Notes under the pieces: model-generated
What the model was told of the DNA's origin: nothing
The model's database searches: none
The model's input: the letters and a program-made list of their open reading frames with translations, nothing else
Shown here: positions 54,244 through 64,000 of the stretch, piece by piece
Position numbering within the stretch: position 1 is the first letter of the stretch
Layout of the letters: each line of letters starts with the position of its first letter
NCBI GenBank assembly: GCA_964344595.1
Contig: CAYFNV010000003.1
Span: 117,032 to 181,031 of the forward strand
Reading direction: 5' to 3'
Length of the DNA: 64,000 bases
From: an uncultured Nitrospina sp.
Lineage (GTDB): Bacteria; Nitrospinota; Nitrospinia; Nitrospinales; VA-1
Made by a program: the position numbers and the translations under genes

Positions 54244-56180
54244 TCATATTTTCTAGGCCGCGGTGTTACCAGCGATGTGTTGACCTCTTCATAGGTGATT
54301 TCCGGTTCATTATCTTTATGTTGGGCCACCGTTGTTTTAAGCCACTTTGTGTTATTTTCCTCGAAACGTTTCATGTAGTCTAGATGTCCTGGAGGAAATT
54401 TCCCTTCGGACACATCGCCATATTGTTTTTGTTCCAAGTAGTCGATGTATTCATGGGGATCAAAATCTTTGGGCTGGTTTATGTCGAAATCCGGTTTGTA
54501 GTGGCTCCCCCTGAATTCGTCTCTCATTAATGCGCCTTTGGTGATAATTTTTGATAGATGGATCATACAATATAGCTGGTTGATGAAACTGGGTGTTGGG
54601 TTGGCCCAGTCATGCGTGTCCAGGCATTTAACATCTTTAAAGCGGGCTTCAATATCGCTGATGGAATGCCATGCTTTTTCCAAAGATTTATTATCCCGAA
54701 CTATAAGAACATTTGCCAGCATGATATTCCCCAGATCCTGGTGCAGTTTATACGGGTTTTCCGAGCCTTCCATTTTTTTTATATCTTGAAAACGGTTTTT
54801 CCAGTGTGTGCAGGTGTCATCAAAGACAGTGGAAGAGATATCGTCCACAGATTTTTCAAGAGAGTCTGTGTAGTTCATGATACCCCGGGCCATCATTAAC
54901 CCTGTATATATGCAGCTCAACAATGAGTTTGCTCCCAGCCGGTTGGCTCCATGGTATTGATAGTCTGCCTCTCCAGCTGCAAATAAACCTTTTATGGAGG
55001 TCATCTGGTTTCGGGGAGATCCGTGGTCGACCAGTCCATTGCTGTCGGGTCCGTAGTCTGTCCACAATCCTCCCATTGAGTAATGTACGGCGGGAAATAT
55101 TTTCATGGGAGTTTCACGTGGATCAACACCGGTAAACTTGTTGTAGATATCCATGATACCGCCAAGTCGGTTGTCCAGGAATTCTCTCGACTTATGGGTC
55201 AGGTCAAGATATACCATGGGTTCTCCGCTCACCCCAAGATTCTGGTTGTAAACAATATCGTAAATTTCCCGGCTGGCAACATCTCGGGGAACGAGATTTT
55301 TGAACAGAGGGTACTTTTCTTCGAGAAAATAATAGCGTTCGTTTTCAGGGATTTTTTTAGGATCACGTTTGTCGCTGGCATCACGTGGTACCCATACTCG
55401 TCCTCCTTCACCTCGAGCAGATTCGCTCATTAGCCTGAGCTTATCCTGTCCGGGAATAGCTGTGGGGTGAATCTGAATAAATTCTCCATTCGCGTATTTT
55501 GCACCTTGCAGATAAGCGGTTGTAGCGGCGGCTCCCGTGTTAACGAAAGAGGCGGTGGATCGTGCATACACCTGACTGGGCCCGCCGCTGGCTAATACCA
55601 CAGCATCTGCTGGTAAGGTATATATTTCGCTGGTTCTTAGATCATGAATAACGGCACCACGACATATTCCATCAGAATCAAGAACAGCACCCAGATATTC
55701 GTGCCACTCCAACGTTTTGGCAGAGCCATCATGCACGTGACGTCGGACTTGTTCATCAAGCGCGTATACAAGTTGTTGTCCTGTTGTTGCACCGGCAAAT
55801 GCGGTTCGACTATAAAGTGTGCCACCAAACCGGCGGAAATCGAGATGGCCTTCACCGGTGCGATTAAACGCTACACCCATCCTGTCCATAAGATGGATGA
55901 TAGCTGGAGCCTGATAACACATGTCGCGCACCAGAGGCTGGTGGGCCAGAAAGTCGCCTCCCTTGATGGTGTCATAGAAATGCTTTTCCGGAGTATCGCC
56001 TTCGTTTTTTGCATCAATGGCTGCATTGATACCACCTTGCGCGCAAACGGAATGGGATCTTTTTAATGACTGGTATGATACGACAGTTACCTCTCCGTTT
56101 CGTTCGCAAAACTTCATAGCCAGGGCTAACCCGGCTAACCCGCCTCCGATGATGACAATTTTTTTCTTTCGATTTAGCAT
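54240..56180 (-). CDS. sdhA: succinate dehydrogenase/fumarate reductase flavoprotein subunit
   Basis: IIGGGLAGL dinucleotide fold; covalent-FAD His context RSHSVCAQGG; HYSMGG. Confidence 0.9.
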   Translation of the reverse strand: MLNRKKKIVIIGGGLAGLALAMKFCERNGEVTVVSYQSLKRSHSVCAQGGINAAIDAKNEGDTPEKHFYDTIKGGDFLAHQPLVRDMCYQAPAIIHLMDRMGVAFNRTGEGHLDFRRFGGTLYSRTAFAGATTGQQLVYALDEQVRRHVHDGSAKTLEWHEYLGAVLDSDGICRGAVIHDLRTSEIYTLPADAVVLASGGPSQVYARSTASFVNTGAAATTAYLQGAKYANGEFIQIHPTAIPGQDKLRLMSESARGEGGRVWVPRDASDKRDPKKIPENERYYFLEEKYPLFKNLVPRDVASREIYDIVYNQNLGVSGEPMVYLDLTHKSREFLDNRLGGIMDIYNKFTGVDPRETPMKIFPAVHYSMGGLWTDYGPDSNGLVDHGSPRNQMTSIKGLFAAGEADYQYHGANRLGANSLLSCIYTGLMMARGIMNYTDSLEKSVDDISSTVFDDTCTHWKNRFQDIKKMEGSENPYKLHQDLGNIMLANVLIVRDNKSLEKAWHSISDIEARFKDVKCLDTHDWANPTPSFINQLYCMIHLSKIITKGALMRDEFRGSHYKPDFDINQPKDFDPHEYIDYLEQKQYGDVSEGKFPPGHLDYMKRFEENNTKWLKTTVAQHKDNEPEITYEEVNTSLVTPRPRKYD

Positions 56181-56184
56181 TTCT

Positions 56185-56862
56185 TTACCTTGCTACAGTC
56201 GCTTCTACCGGAACAGGATTCATGTTAAACTCCACTATGGTGGACATGCCCAAAACTGTCAAAGCCAGGCCAACCATTGCGAAAACGATAGCTCCGTTTC
56301 TCTGAGCGTTCTCTCCAATTAAAATACCCCATGAAACACAAAAACCCCACAGGCCGTTGCTGAAGTGAAAGGTCGCTGAGATAATACCAATGGTATAAAC
56401 GAGCATTCCCTGCCAGGTTTGAAACTCACCGTTTAAAATATCGATAAGAAAAGGAGCTGCTTCAAAATGGTGTTTGCCCTCCCATAACTTTGGCGCCACC
56501 GTTGTTCCCATATGATAAATCAGAAAAACAAAAACAACTGCACCAGAAATCCTCTGCAAAGTGTAGAGGCCGTTTCTAGGATACCTGTATCGATGCACGT
56601 TGGTTTTGGCAAGGCTTACGACATAAAAACCCATCACTGAATGGAACAGGATGGGGATGTATATAAACGTTATTTCTATGACCAGCAGAAAGGGCAGGTT
56701 ATTTATCGCATCTATACTGAGTTGATAGGGCCATACACCCACAGTGCGAAGAGAATTGACAGTTAAGTGAATGACCAGGAAAGCCCCTATGGGTACTATT
56801 CCTGTCAGGGAATGGAGCTTAAGCAGCAGGTAATGAACTTCATCTTTAGAAGGTCTGGCCAT
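56185..56862 (-). CDS. sdhC: succinate dehydrogenase/fumarate reductase cytochrome b subunit (5-TM, type B)
   Basis: 225 aa, five helices with conserved His residues. Immediately upstream of sdhA. Confidence 0.8.
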   Translation of the reverse strand: MARPSKDEVHYLLLKLHSLTGIVPIGAFLVIHLTVNSLRTVGVWPYQLSIDAINNLPFLLVIEITFIYIPILFHSVMGFYVVSLAKTNVHRYRYPRNGLYTLQRISGAVVFVFLIYHMGTTVAPKLWEGKHHFEAAPFLIDILNGEFQTWQGMLVYTIGIISATFHFSNGLWGFCVSWGILIGENAQRNGAIVFAMVGLALTVLGMSTIVEFNMNPVPVEATVAR

Positions 56863-57016
56863 AAGATGAAAAACGAACAGGATTACTCAAATTAATAATA
56901 ATTGGAGCAGGCACTTTCAGACTTCATCCCCATTTTGGCGCAAAAACGGGTACCACACAAGAGTTATCGCCAGTTAAAGAGAAAATAATAAAAACGGTAA
57001 ACAATGAGGAGGGAGT

Positions 57017-57292
57017 TTAAAAATCAGATTCCAGCAAAGGGCGTTGCTTAAAGTCAGGATTTATTGGTTTGTCTTCAGAGCAAATCCGCAAGTGACTTGG
57101 GTCTTGCACATAAAAATCTACGAAACCGCATTGGCTACAAATGCTGGGTTGAAGAGGAACACTTTTCTCGACTCCGTGGTCCTGTCGAACCACCATGATC
57201 AATTCTTTATCTTTACTGGTCCTCAACCCAATCTCACCCTTGAGAATGCTTTTCTCACCACATTTGCAGCAAGTATCCTTGTCATGGGACAT
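57017..57292 (-). CDS. small zinc-ribbon protein (hypothetical)
   Basis: Two CxxC pairs: CCKCG and CSQCG. Confidence 0.5.
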   Translation of the reverse strand: MSHDKDTCCKCGEKSILKGEIGLRTSKDKELIMVVRQDHGVEKSVPLQPSICSQCGFVDFYVQDPSHLRICSEDKPINPDFKQRPLLESDF

Positions 57293-57410
57293 GCCGAGGC
57301 TCCTTGGATAAATGGACTTCAGAGCTCACCCTGAAATCAGAAGTCGTGTCCTTAAGCCTTATCATACCACAAATTAATAGAACAGGTATCAATGTTCAGG
57401 TTGTAAAACC

Positions 57411-57767
57411 TTAGACTGCTGAAATACTGAATACATTTTCAGGAACTTGAATGCGGTTGATCAAAGCTTCAGCTTCTTTCACCTGTATCATTTCTGCATT
57501 CACCCGCTCGCGTAGCTCTTTACCAGCATGAAAAGTGGGTTTATGGCGCACAGGTAACTGAATCAACTCTCCCGTCAGTGGTTTTTTTGCAACTCTGGCT
57601 TTGTATTGATTGACTCTAAACGAACCAAATCCTTGAACAACCACACGTCCATCTTTATGTAATGTCTCCATAATTGAATCTAAAAAAGAGGTCAAATAAA
57701 GTTCGGCCTCTTTTTTTGTAACATTCATTCGTACGGATAACTTGTTTACTAATTGAGCTCGTGTCAT
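57411..57767 (-). CDS. HU/IHF-family DNA-binding protein with C-terminal extension
   Basis: LT.KEAE......I...L..G..V...GFGSFRV ... P.F..GKELR pattern. Confidence 0.85.
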   Translation of the reverse strand: MTRAQLVNKLSVRMNVTKKEAELYLTSFLDSIMETLHKDGRVVVQGFGSFRVNQYKARVAKKPLTGELIQLPVRHKPTFHAGKELRERVNAEMIQVKEAEALINRIQVPENVFSISAV

Positions 57768-58075
57768 GATTCTCCTCCAAAATTAACAATAAAGTTTAGT
57801 TTCAAAACCAATAAAAGCAAAAATCAGGCCAAAATCAGCAGTTGTTTATAACCTCAAATATTTCAGTATGTTAGTAATTTTGTCGAGATTGGAAGAGTTT
57901 TGAGTGGTTATGATATTGGATAAAAGTGTTAACTTAAATGCACAGTTAACCAACGATTATCCAATTGGTTTCTATCTATTAATGGTTCTGTCAGCCAGAA
58001 TACAAGGGGATCAATTGACTCTGATGTAAATGAAAACCACAGCTTATAAATGAGTTTGTATTTCGTGGAAGGACA

Positions 58076-59020
58076 ATGTCTATAAAAAATATTTTGGTTT
58101 ATTTAACTCATCTGCATGTAGAGGAGTGGAACTTTCGGTCAGGGCATAAAGAGTTGTTGGAAAAGCTGGTTCCAGGACTAAAAGTAGAAGTTTGCATGAA
58201 CTCCAGGGACTTTAAGGAACGTTTACCGCAATCGGAAGCGGTTATCGTCTGGTTTTTCAAGGAGGAATGGCTTGAATTGGCACCACAATTAAAGCTCATT
58301 GCTACACCCGCTGCAGGAAAAGACTGGATAGAAGTGAAAGGTGGTAATAGCCCTATGGTTTCATTTGGGAGATTCCATGGAAGTGTGATGGCCGAAAGTG
58401 TTGTCGGGGCCATGTTGTATTTTTTAAAGTCTTTCCCATTGTCAGTCGCTATGCAGAAACAGAAAAAATGGGCTCGAATTAAAATTTCTGGGAAATTACA
58501 ATCCCTTTATAAAAGTCGGGTAACCATTTTAGGGTTTGGAAGAATCGGCAAAGTTATTGCTGAACGTCTTAAACCGTTTGGGTGCAGTGTCACTGGAATT
58601 AAGAGAAACCGTATTTCTTCTAAACCAGTATTTTTTTCAGATTCAGATAGAATCCTTACCTTTGAACATTGGGAATCAGTATTTGCAGAAACCGATCACC
58701 TGATCTGCGCTTTGCCAAAAGAAGCATCGGAAATACTTCATCCAACACATTTCAAGACTTTGCCGAGAACTTGTTATTTATATAATGTAGGGCGAGGGAA
58801 TACCTACAAGGAGAACGACCTGGTTTTGGCTTTAAGAACTGGTGAAATTGCTGGAGCTTATCTTGATGTATTTGCTGAGGAGCCTTTACCGGAGTTATCT
58901 CCTTTGTGGGAGATGGAAAATGTGCTCATTCAACCGCACCTGTCAGCTGTGTCTCCACATTACATGGCCCAGTTTGTTGAGGAATTAGCTGATCGAATTA
59001 AAAAGAACGAGTTTGATTGA
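58076..59020 (+). CDS. D-isomer-specific 2-hydroxyacid dehydrogenase family protein
   Basis: NAD-binding GFGRIGKVIA; catalytic-region NVGRG...LDVF..EP...HLS. Confidence 0.8.
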   Translation: MSIKNILVYLTHLHVEEWNFRSGHKELLEKLVPGLKVEVCMNSRDFKERLPQSEAVIVWFFKEEWLELAPQLKLIATPAAGKDWIEVKGGNSPMVSFGRFHGSVMAESVVGAMLYFLKSFPLSVAMQKQKKWARIKISGKLQSLYKSRVTILGFGRIGKVIAERLKPFGCSVTGIKRNRISSKPVFFSDSDRILTFEHWESVFAETDHLICALPKEASEILHPTHFKTLPRTCYLYNVGRGNTYKENDLVLALRTGEIAGAYLDVFAEEPLPELSPLWEMENVLIQPHLSAVSPHYMAQFVEELADRIKKNEFD

Positions 59021-59026
59021 GACATA

Positions 59027-59056
59027 AAAAGCCCCCGCGCAAAGGCGAAGGCTTTC
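59027..59056. terminator. imperfect hairpin between convergent genes (bidirectional terminator candidate)
   Basis: AAAGCC...GGCTTT outer stem with an inner CGC/GCG, an A-run before and TTT after. Confidence 0.45.
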
Positions 59057-59072
59057 TGTCATCGTGCATGTT

Positions 59073-61793
59073 TTAAACTTTAAATTTGGACACCAGGTTC
59101 TGCATATTGATGGAAAGTTTTGCCAACTCACTGGCCGCTTCACTTGTATCTCCAGTACCTTCTGTCGTTTTTGTAGCTGTTTTCGAAACACCCTGGATGT
59201 TCTGGGCAATTTCACCTACTCCTTTAGCCGCCTCAGAAACATTACGAGACATTTCATTTGTTGTTGCGCTTTGTTCTTCTACGGCACTTGCAATGGTGTT
59301 TGAAATGTCATTTATTTTATTGATAATTTCGCTGATTTCACCAATGGCTTCGACCGCATTGTTTGAATCGGTTTGAATGGTCTGGACTTTATCGCCAATC
59401 TCTTCAGTGGCTTTCGCTGTTTGATTGGCCAGTTCCTTAACTTCATTGGCCACTACGGCAAAACCTTTACCCGCCTCACCCGCTCTTGCGGCCTCAATCG
59501 TTGCGTTCAAGGCGAGCAGGTTGGTTTGTTCGGCAATCGAAGTGATCACTTTTACAACTTCGCCAATTTCTTTCGAGCTTTCACCAAGTGTGCTGATTGT
59601 TTGATTGGTTCTTTTTGTAACCTCAACCGCCTCGTTAGAAACCTTGGCCGCTTCGGTAGCATTGGAGGCTATTTCACTGATACTGGCTGACATTTCTTCA
59701 GAACCTGTAGCAACAGTTTGAACGTTGATTCCAACCTCCTCACTTGCTGCTGCAACGACACCAGCCTGAGAGGCGGTCTCTTCAGCGTTGGCAGACATGT
59801 TCGAACTAACGGAAGAGAGTTCTTCAGATGCGGCGCTGACAGCTTGAGCAGTCTCACTAATATTGTTGATGTCGTTCTTAAGGCTTGAGAAAAAATTATC
59901 CAACCCTGATCCCATCTGTCCTATGGCACTGTTGCCATTGACAGTGATTTTCTGAGTGAGGTCACCTTGCGCAGCGGCATTGACAACAGTGAGAAGGGAG
60001 TTGACTTTATTTTGCAAGTCTTCAGCATCTGCAGTCACCTTTTCGCTTGCAGCCTTGTTTTCTTCTTCCATTTTCCTTTGCACGGTGATGTCTTCCCAAG
60101 CGGCTTGATAACCTTCTACATTACCTTCACTATCAATAATGGAAGTCCCTGTGACCCGGATTAACTTTCCACCTTCATGAAGGTTGCCAAAGGGTAATTC
60201 CACAGAGTAGGGCTGTGAACCATTGACTAAAGATTTCAGGATTTCATGCTGCTTACCTGGATCTTTGTGGAATGTGTCGATAGAAACACCTTCGAGGTTA
60301 TTTACGTCCACTTTGCCTGGCAGGTATTGTTTGACACTATTAATGATTCCTGCCGCTTTAGGATTTACGGACACAAGTTTGAAATCCAGACCGCATGTCG
60401 TAAAGCCTGTTGTGACATTTGCTTTACCTGCATTTGCGGCAAACTCCATTGCCTCCGCAGAATTTTTGTTGCTTATGGCTTGTTCGAGCATCGTCTGGCT
60501 TGCCGTATCAAACTCTCCGGAAAGACCAAAATCTTTTTTATCAGTATTACCCGCTAAAATCGACTTGGCGGTATCCATGAAAGAATTGATGGTTTTAAGC
60601 AGGGTATTGGAAAAATCCTGCAACTTTCCAATTTCGTCTTGAGAAGTAATTGCGGAAGCATTGATGTGCAACTGGCCTTCAGATATTTTCCCAAGCATTT
60701 GGGTTACATTGGTGATGGGGTTTGCAACGACTCCTGCTATAATCCAGGCAATAAAAGCAATGGCAATAGCACAAACTACAGCATTGATCATGCTGTTTCT
60801 TTCGCTGGCGATGATTGGCGCATTTACACTTTCATCAGGAACGCGAACTAAGACCGACCAGTCCATCCCCCACTCTTCAGGAATGTGGGCATAGCCTGCC
60901 GCTTGTTCCAGTTTTTTGCGAGCGTGCATGGCGTACATGAATCCGTTCTCACCGGCCACGGCCTTTCTAGCAGCCTCAACTTTTGCAGCGAGGTTAAACT
61001 TAAATAATACCTTGTCAAAATCGTGTGCCACTTTTGTAGCACTGCCTTTATTGTAAGTAGGATCTAAATCAAGAATAATGTTTCCTTGTGGATTGAGAAG
61101 GGTTAGTTCTGCCTGTGGTAGTCCAAGTGAAGAAAGACTTCTGTAGGCAGTCAGAAAAATATCTTCAACAAGCGAAAATTTTGCGTAATTGTGCCAGATA
61201 GCAATTGCTTGGCCATCTGGACCATATACTGGAGAGGAATATGCCATAGTCAATCCATCAGTTCCGTAAATTCCTCCGATTTCTTCATCTTTGTAAAGCG
61301 GTGTGATGTGGGTTGACCCTACCGGCAGGTTCATAGCATTACCAAACCAACTGGCATCCTGAAAATTTCGATTATAAAATCCAGATGTATTAATTTCGCT
61401 CCCACCGTCATTCTTGGTGTTGACTGCAATGACCTTTCCTTCCAGATCAACAAGCAGACTTACAAAGTAAATGCCATACATGGCATTCAGCTTGTTCATC
61501 GCCGTCACAATTTTAGAGTTGTTCCCCTGATACCAATTGCTGACGTTCTGTATGGACTCATTGAGACCAAAGGCCTGTACATCGCCATATCTTTCGAACA
61601 GGTTTTTTTCAATAGCACTGGCAATATTTGTTGCAGTTGTTGCCAGATTTGAAGCATTGATACTCTTAATTTCTTCAAAACTTTTGCTGTTGAAATAACT
61701 GGATACACCCAATGGTATCAACCCCACTAACAAAAAGAATAATATTAGTTTTGCTTTTAGAGATTTAGCAAACAACCCTTTGAAGTTTTCCAT
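59073..61793 (-). CDS. methyl-accepting chemotaxis protein (large periplasmic Cache-like sensor, HAMP, PAS-like insert)
   Basis: Two TM segments flank a ~300-aa periplasmic domain. Signalling hairpin [27 protein letters not shown]. Confidence 0.9.
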   Translation of the reverse strand: MENFKGLFAKSLKAKLILFFLLVGLIPLGVSSYFNSKSFEEIKSINASNLATTATNIASAIEKNLFERYGDVQAFGLNESIQNVSNWYQGNNSKIVTAMNKLNAMYGIYFVSLLVDLEGKVIAVNTKNDGGSEINTSGFYNRNFQDASWFGNAMNLPVGSTHITPLYKDEEIGGIYGTDGLTMAYSSPVYGPDGQAIAIWHNYAKFSLVEDIFLTAYRSLSSLGLPQAELTLLNPQGNIILDLDPTYNKGSATKVAHDFDKVLFKFNLAAKVEAARKAVAGENGFMYAMHARKKLEQAAGYAHIPEEWGMDWSVLVRVPDESVNAPIIASERNSMINAVVCAIAIAFIAWIIAGVVANPITNVTQMLGKISEGQLHINASAITSQDEIGKLQDFSNTLLKTINSFMDTAKSILAGNTDKKDFGLSGEFDTASQTMLEQAISNKNSAEAMEFAANAGKANVTTGFTTCGLDFKLVSVNPKAAGIINSVKQYLPGKVDVNNLEGVSIDTFHKDPGKQHEILKSLVNGSQPYSVELPFGNLHEGGKLIRVTGTSIIDSEGNVEGYQAAWEDITVQRKMEEENKAASEKVTADAEDLQNKVNSLLTVVNAAAQGDLTQKITVNGNSAIGQMGSGLDNFFSSLKNDINNISETAQAVSAASEELSSVSSNMSANAEETASQAGVVAAASEEVGINVQTVATGSEEMSASISEIASNATEAAKVSNEAVEVTKRTNQTISTLGESSKEIGEVVKVITSIAEQTNLLALNATIEAARAGEAGKGFAVVANEVKELANQTAKATEEIGDKVQTIQTDSNNAVEAIGEISEIINKINDISNTIASAVEEQSATTNEMSRNVSEAAKGVGEIAQNIQGVSKTATKTTEGTGDTSEAASELAKLSINMQNLVSKFKV

Positions 61794-61990
61794 GATTAGT
61801 TTTCTCTCCGACCTTTTGTTGGTTTAAATGTATATAAAACAGTCTAAACTTTTGCCTGAAATATGAATCTCTTTAGTAAACGTTAAAGGAGATAACTACC
61901 TGCTTGGAATACCGGCTCTTGCTTTATTTTGGCCAGTTTGGTTATCTTTTTCTATAAAGCTTATCTCTCAATCTATAAGAAAGGGGAAAA

Positions 61991-62006
61991 AGCAAGGGTT
62001 GTGCCA
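61991..62006 (-). promoter_or_regulatory. sigma-54 (RpoN) -24/-12 promoter upstream of the MCP gene
   Basis: The minus strand reads TGGCAC-AACCC-TTGCT, an exact match to TGGCAC-N5-TTGC(A/T). It lies about 200 nt upstream of the ATG at 61793. Confidence 0.7.
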
Positions 62007-62334
62007 TAAATTGAATGCTACAAAGATGATTGTTTTATGGATAGTTGTGAGGCTTATTGGGAGGTGGATATAAAATATGTAATACTATTTTTACATTTTT
62101 CGACAAAAATATAAAAATTTTTTAGCAAAATATAAATTTCTTTTTTGAAAATAATTATTTTACTTTTGTCATAAGCTCAATTGCTTAAAAACGATTTATC
62201 TTTTATTTCTATTGAGTAGATTCTTAGGCAATGGGATTTATTCTTTGAATAAATTTTGCTAAATTTGTTTTTTTTGTTTAGTGAGATAGATTTTTTCAGA
62301 AAATAACATTGAGTTTTTTGATGGATTGTTCTGC

Positions 62335-62562
62335 AATCACTTCCCAAAGGTAAAAGAGTTTATACATTTTATCGAGGAGTTTGGCGAAGAAGTCTTACAG
62401 GTAATCTCTCCTCTTCGGCAAATCAGAAATATTGCGGGTGGCCTCATTAGTCGTTGTCGACTACTCTTCAAGCGCATCTTGGATATCAGTTTGAATTGCC
62501 TGAATTTTGCTGCTGACATCCTCCGTAGCTTTGGCGGTTTGGTTGGCGAGGTTGTAGAAAAT
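62335..62562 (-). pseudogene. decayed fragment of an MCP signalling-domain gene
   Basis: Minus-strand translation [23 protein letters not shown]...EE*STTTNEATRNISD parallels [23 protein letters not shown]...[16 protein letters not shown] of the neighbouring MCP. It has an in-frame TAG and internal deletions. DNA-level similarity is visible by eye against 59240-59470. Confidence 0.6.
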
Positions 62563-62639
62563 AATTTTCCTTCAAAATAACTAAAAATTTTTTATGGAAG
62601 GAGTTGCTAAAAAGAGTTGTGGCACGTGAGATATTACTC

Positions 62640-64000
62640 TTACAAAGGCGTTTCCCGGGTGTGGAAATCGGTGGTCTGTTGAAATTTATGTCCAACAGTG
62701 ATGAGGCTTGCTTCATCAAAATGTTTGCCCATCAATTGCAATCCGACTGGCAGGCCTTCTGCAAAACCACATGGGATTGACATTGCAGGTATCCCGGCAA
62801 GGTTGGCAGAGATCGTATAAATATCGGCCAGATACATCTGCAACGGGTCGTCCAGTTTTTCCCCAAGTTTAAATGCGGGGTAGGGGGTAACTGGTGAAGC
62901 AATGACATTGCATTGGGTCAACGCGTTTTCAAAATCCTGTTTTACCAATGTCCGAACTTTTTGTGCTTTCAGATAATATGCATCGTAATAACCGGTGCTG
63001 AGCACGAAGGTTCCAAGAATAATTCTTCGTTTAACTTCTTCGCCAAAGCCCTCCTCGCGGGTGTTTTCATACATATTGATGAGGTTGTCAGACTTGTCAG
63101 TGCGATAGCCATATTTGACTCCGTCATAGCGCGAAAGGTTGGTGCTGGCTTCAGCACAGGCAATGATGTAATAGGTGGCTACCGCGTAGTCCAGATGCGG
63201 CAAAGAAACTTCTATCGTTTGCATCCCCAGCGATTCAAGAGTGCGTATGCCTTCCTGCACTGCTTTTTCGACTTCAGGGTTGATTCCGCCGGTGAAATAT
63301 TCTTTAGGGATGCCGAGTTTCATACCCTTGACATCTTTCTGCAAAGCCTGGGTAAAATCAGGGAGTGCAACATTGGCGGAAGTGGAATCACGTGAATCTT
63401 TACCACCGATTACGTTCATTAAAGTAGCAGCGTCGGCGACCGTTTTTGTTACGGGTCCGATCTGGTCGAGGGATGAAGCAAAGGCTACGAGTCCAAAACG
63501 GGATACTCGTCCATAGGTGGGTTTTAATCCGGTCACGCCGCAAAAGCTGGCGGGTTGACGGATGGAACCTCCGGTATCACTGCCGAGCGCGGCAACACAT
63601 TCGTGTGCTGAAACAGCAGCTGCAGAGCCACCGCTGGAACCTCCCGGTACCCGATCCAAATCCCAGGGATTTCTAGTAGGGTGGTGATAAGAGTTTTCGT
63701 TTGAAGAGCCCATGGCAAACTCATCCATATTGGCTTTGCCCACGATCACAGCTCCGGCCTGGATCAACTTTTCAGTAACGGTAGCATTGTATGGGGAAAT
63801 AAACTGGTCAAGTATCTTCGATGAGCAGGTGGTGCGACTGCCTTTTGTGCAGATCAGGTCTTTCAATGCGATGGGAATTCCCAGAAGTGGTGCTTCATCC
63901 CCTTCAGCAATGCGTTTGTCAGCATCTTTAGCCTGTTGTAGTGCTTTCTCCCGCATCAGGTGTGCGAACGCTTTGACTTTGTCTTCGACCTGGTCAATGT
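62640..64000 (-). CDS. gatA: Asp-tRNA(Asn)/Glu-tRNA(Gln) amidotransferase subunit A (5' end beyond window)
   Basis: Amidase signature [11 protein letters not shown] and [14 protein letters not shown]. The frame stays open upstream of the annotated Met to the window edge (..[17 protein letters not shown]..). Confidence 0.9.
   Translation of the reverse strand, partial: IDQVEDKVKAFAHLMREKALQQAKDADKRIAEGDEAPLLGIPIALKDLICTKGSRTTCSSKILDQFISPYNATVTEKLIQAGAVIVGKANMDEFAMGSSNENSYHHPTRNPWDLDRVPGGSSGGSAAAVSAHECVAALGSDTGGSIRQPASFCGVTGLKPTYGRVSRFGLVAFASSLDQIGPVTKTVADAATLMNVIGGKDSRDSTSANVALPDFTQALQKDVKGMKLGIPKEYFTGGINPEVEKAVQEGIRTLESLGMQTIEVSLPHLDYAVATYYIIACAEASTNLSRYDGVKYGYRTDKSDNLINMYENTREEGFGEEVKRRIILGTFVLSTGYYDAYYLKAQKVRTLVKQDFENALTQCNVIASPVTPYPAFKLGEKLDDPLQMYLADIYTISANLAGIPAMSIPCGFAEGLPVGLQLMGKHFDEASLITVGHKFQQTTDFHTRETPL

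Overview
This 64-kb window is chromosomal DNA from a diderm bacterium, as shown by BamD, KdsA, an AsmA-family protein, ExbB/ExbD and a MacAB-type efflux set. It is gene-dense and mostly housekeeping: ftsY, plsY, a sigma-70 factor, purA, proB, kdsA, rlmD, asnS, the yggT-divIVA-yggU block, mtnA, ispH, a type-B succinate dehydrogenase/fumarate reductase, and gatA cut by the right edge. It also carries signalling genes: PilZ, a REC-GGDEF protein, CheR, a cNMP-sensing histidine kinase and a 906-aa MCP. There are two tRNAs (Gly-GCC, Cys-GCA). I saw no rRNA, CRISPR array, transposase, integrase, phage gene or recognisable defence gene, so this does not look like a mobile or defence island. Four things stood out. 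(1) A translationally coupled three-gene operon at 1845-5995 encodes two paralogous cobalamin-domain radical SAM enzymes. Each carries an extra C-terminal domain that is also encoded as a stand-alone, membrane-anchored protein between them. (2) Two families of intergenic repeats are present. One is a ~70-nt REP/BIME-like element with at least 5 copies. The other is a 145-bp element present as an inverted pair 20.8 kb apart. (3) A textbook sigma-54 promoter lies upstream of the MCP gene, next to a decayed MCP gene fragment. (4) A MptE/DUF115-like gene overlaps a cytoplasmic BNR/sialidase-like gene. All calls come from reading the ORF translations and hand-aligning sequence. No database search was run, so family assignments rest on recognised motifs and should be confirmed with HMM or BLAST searches.
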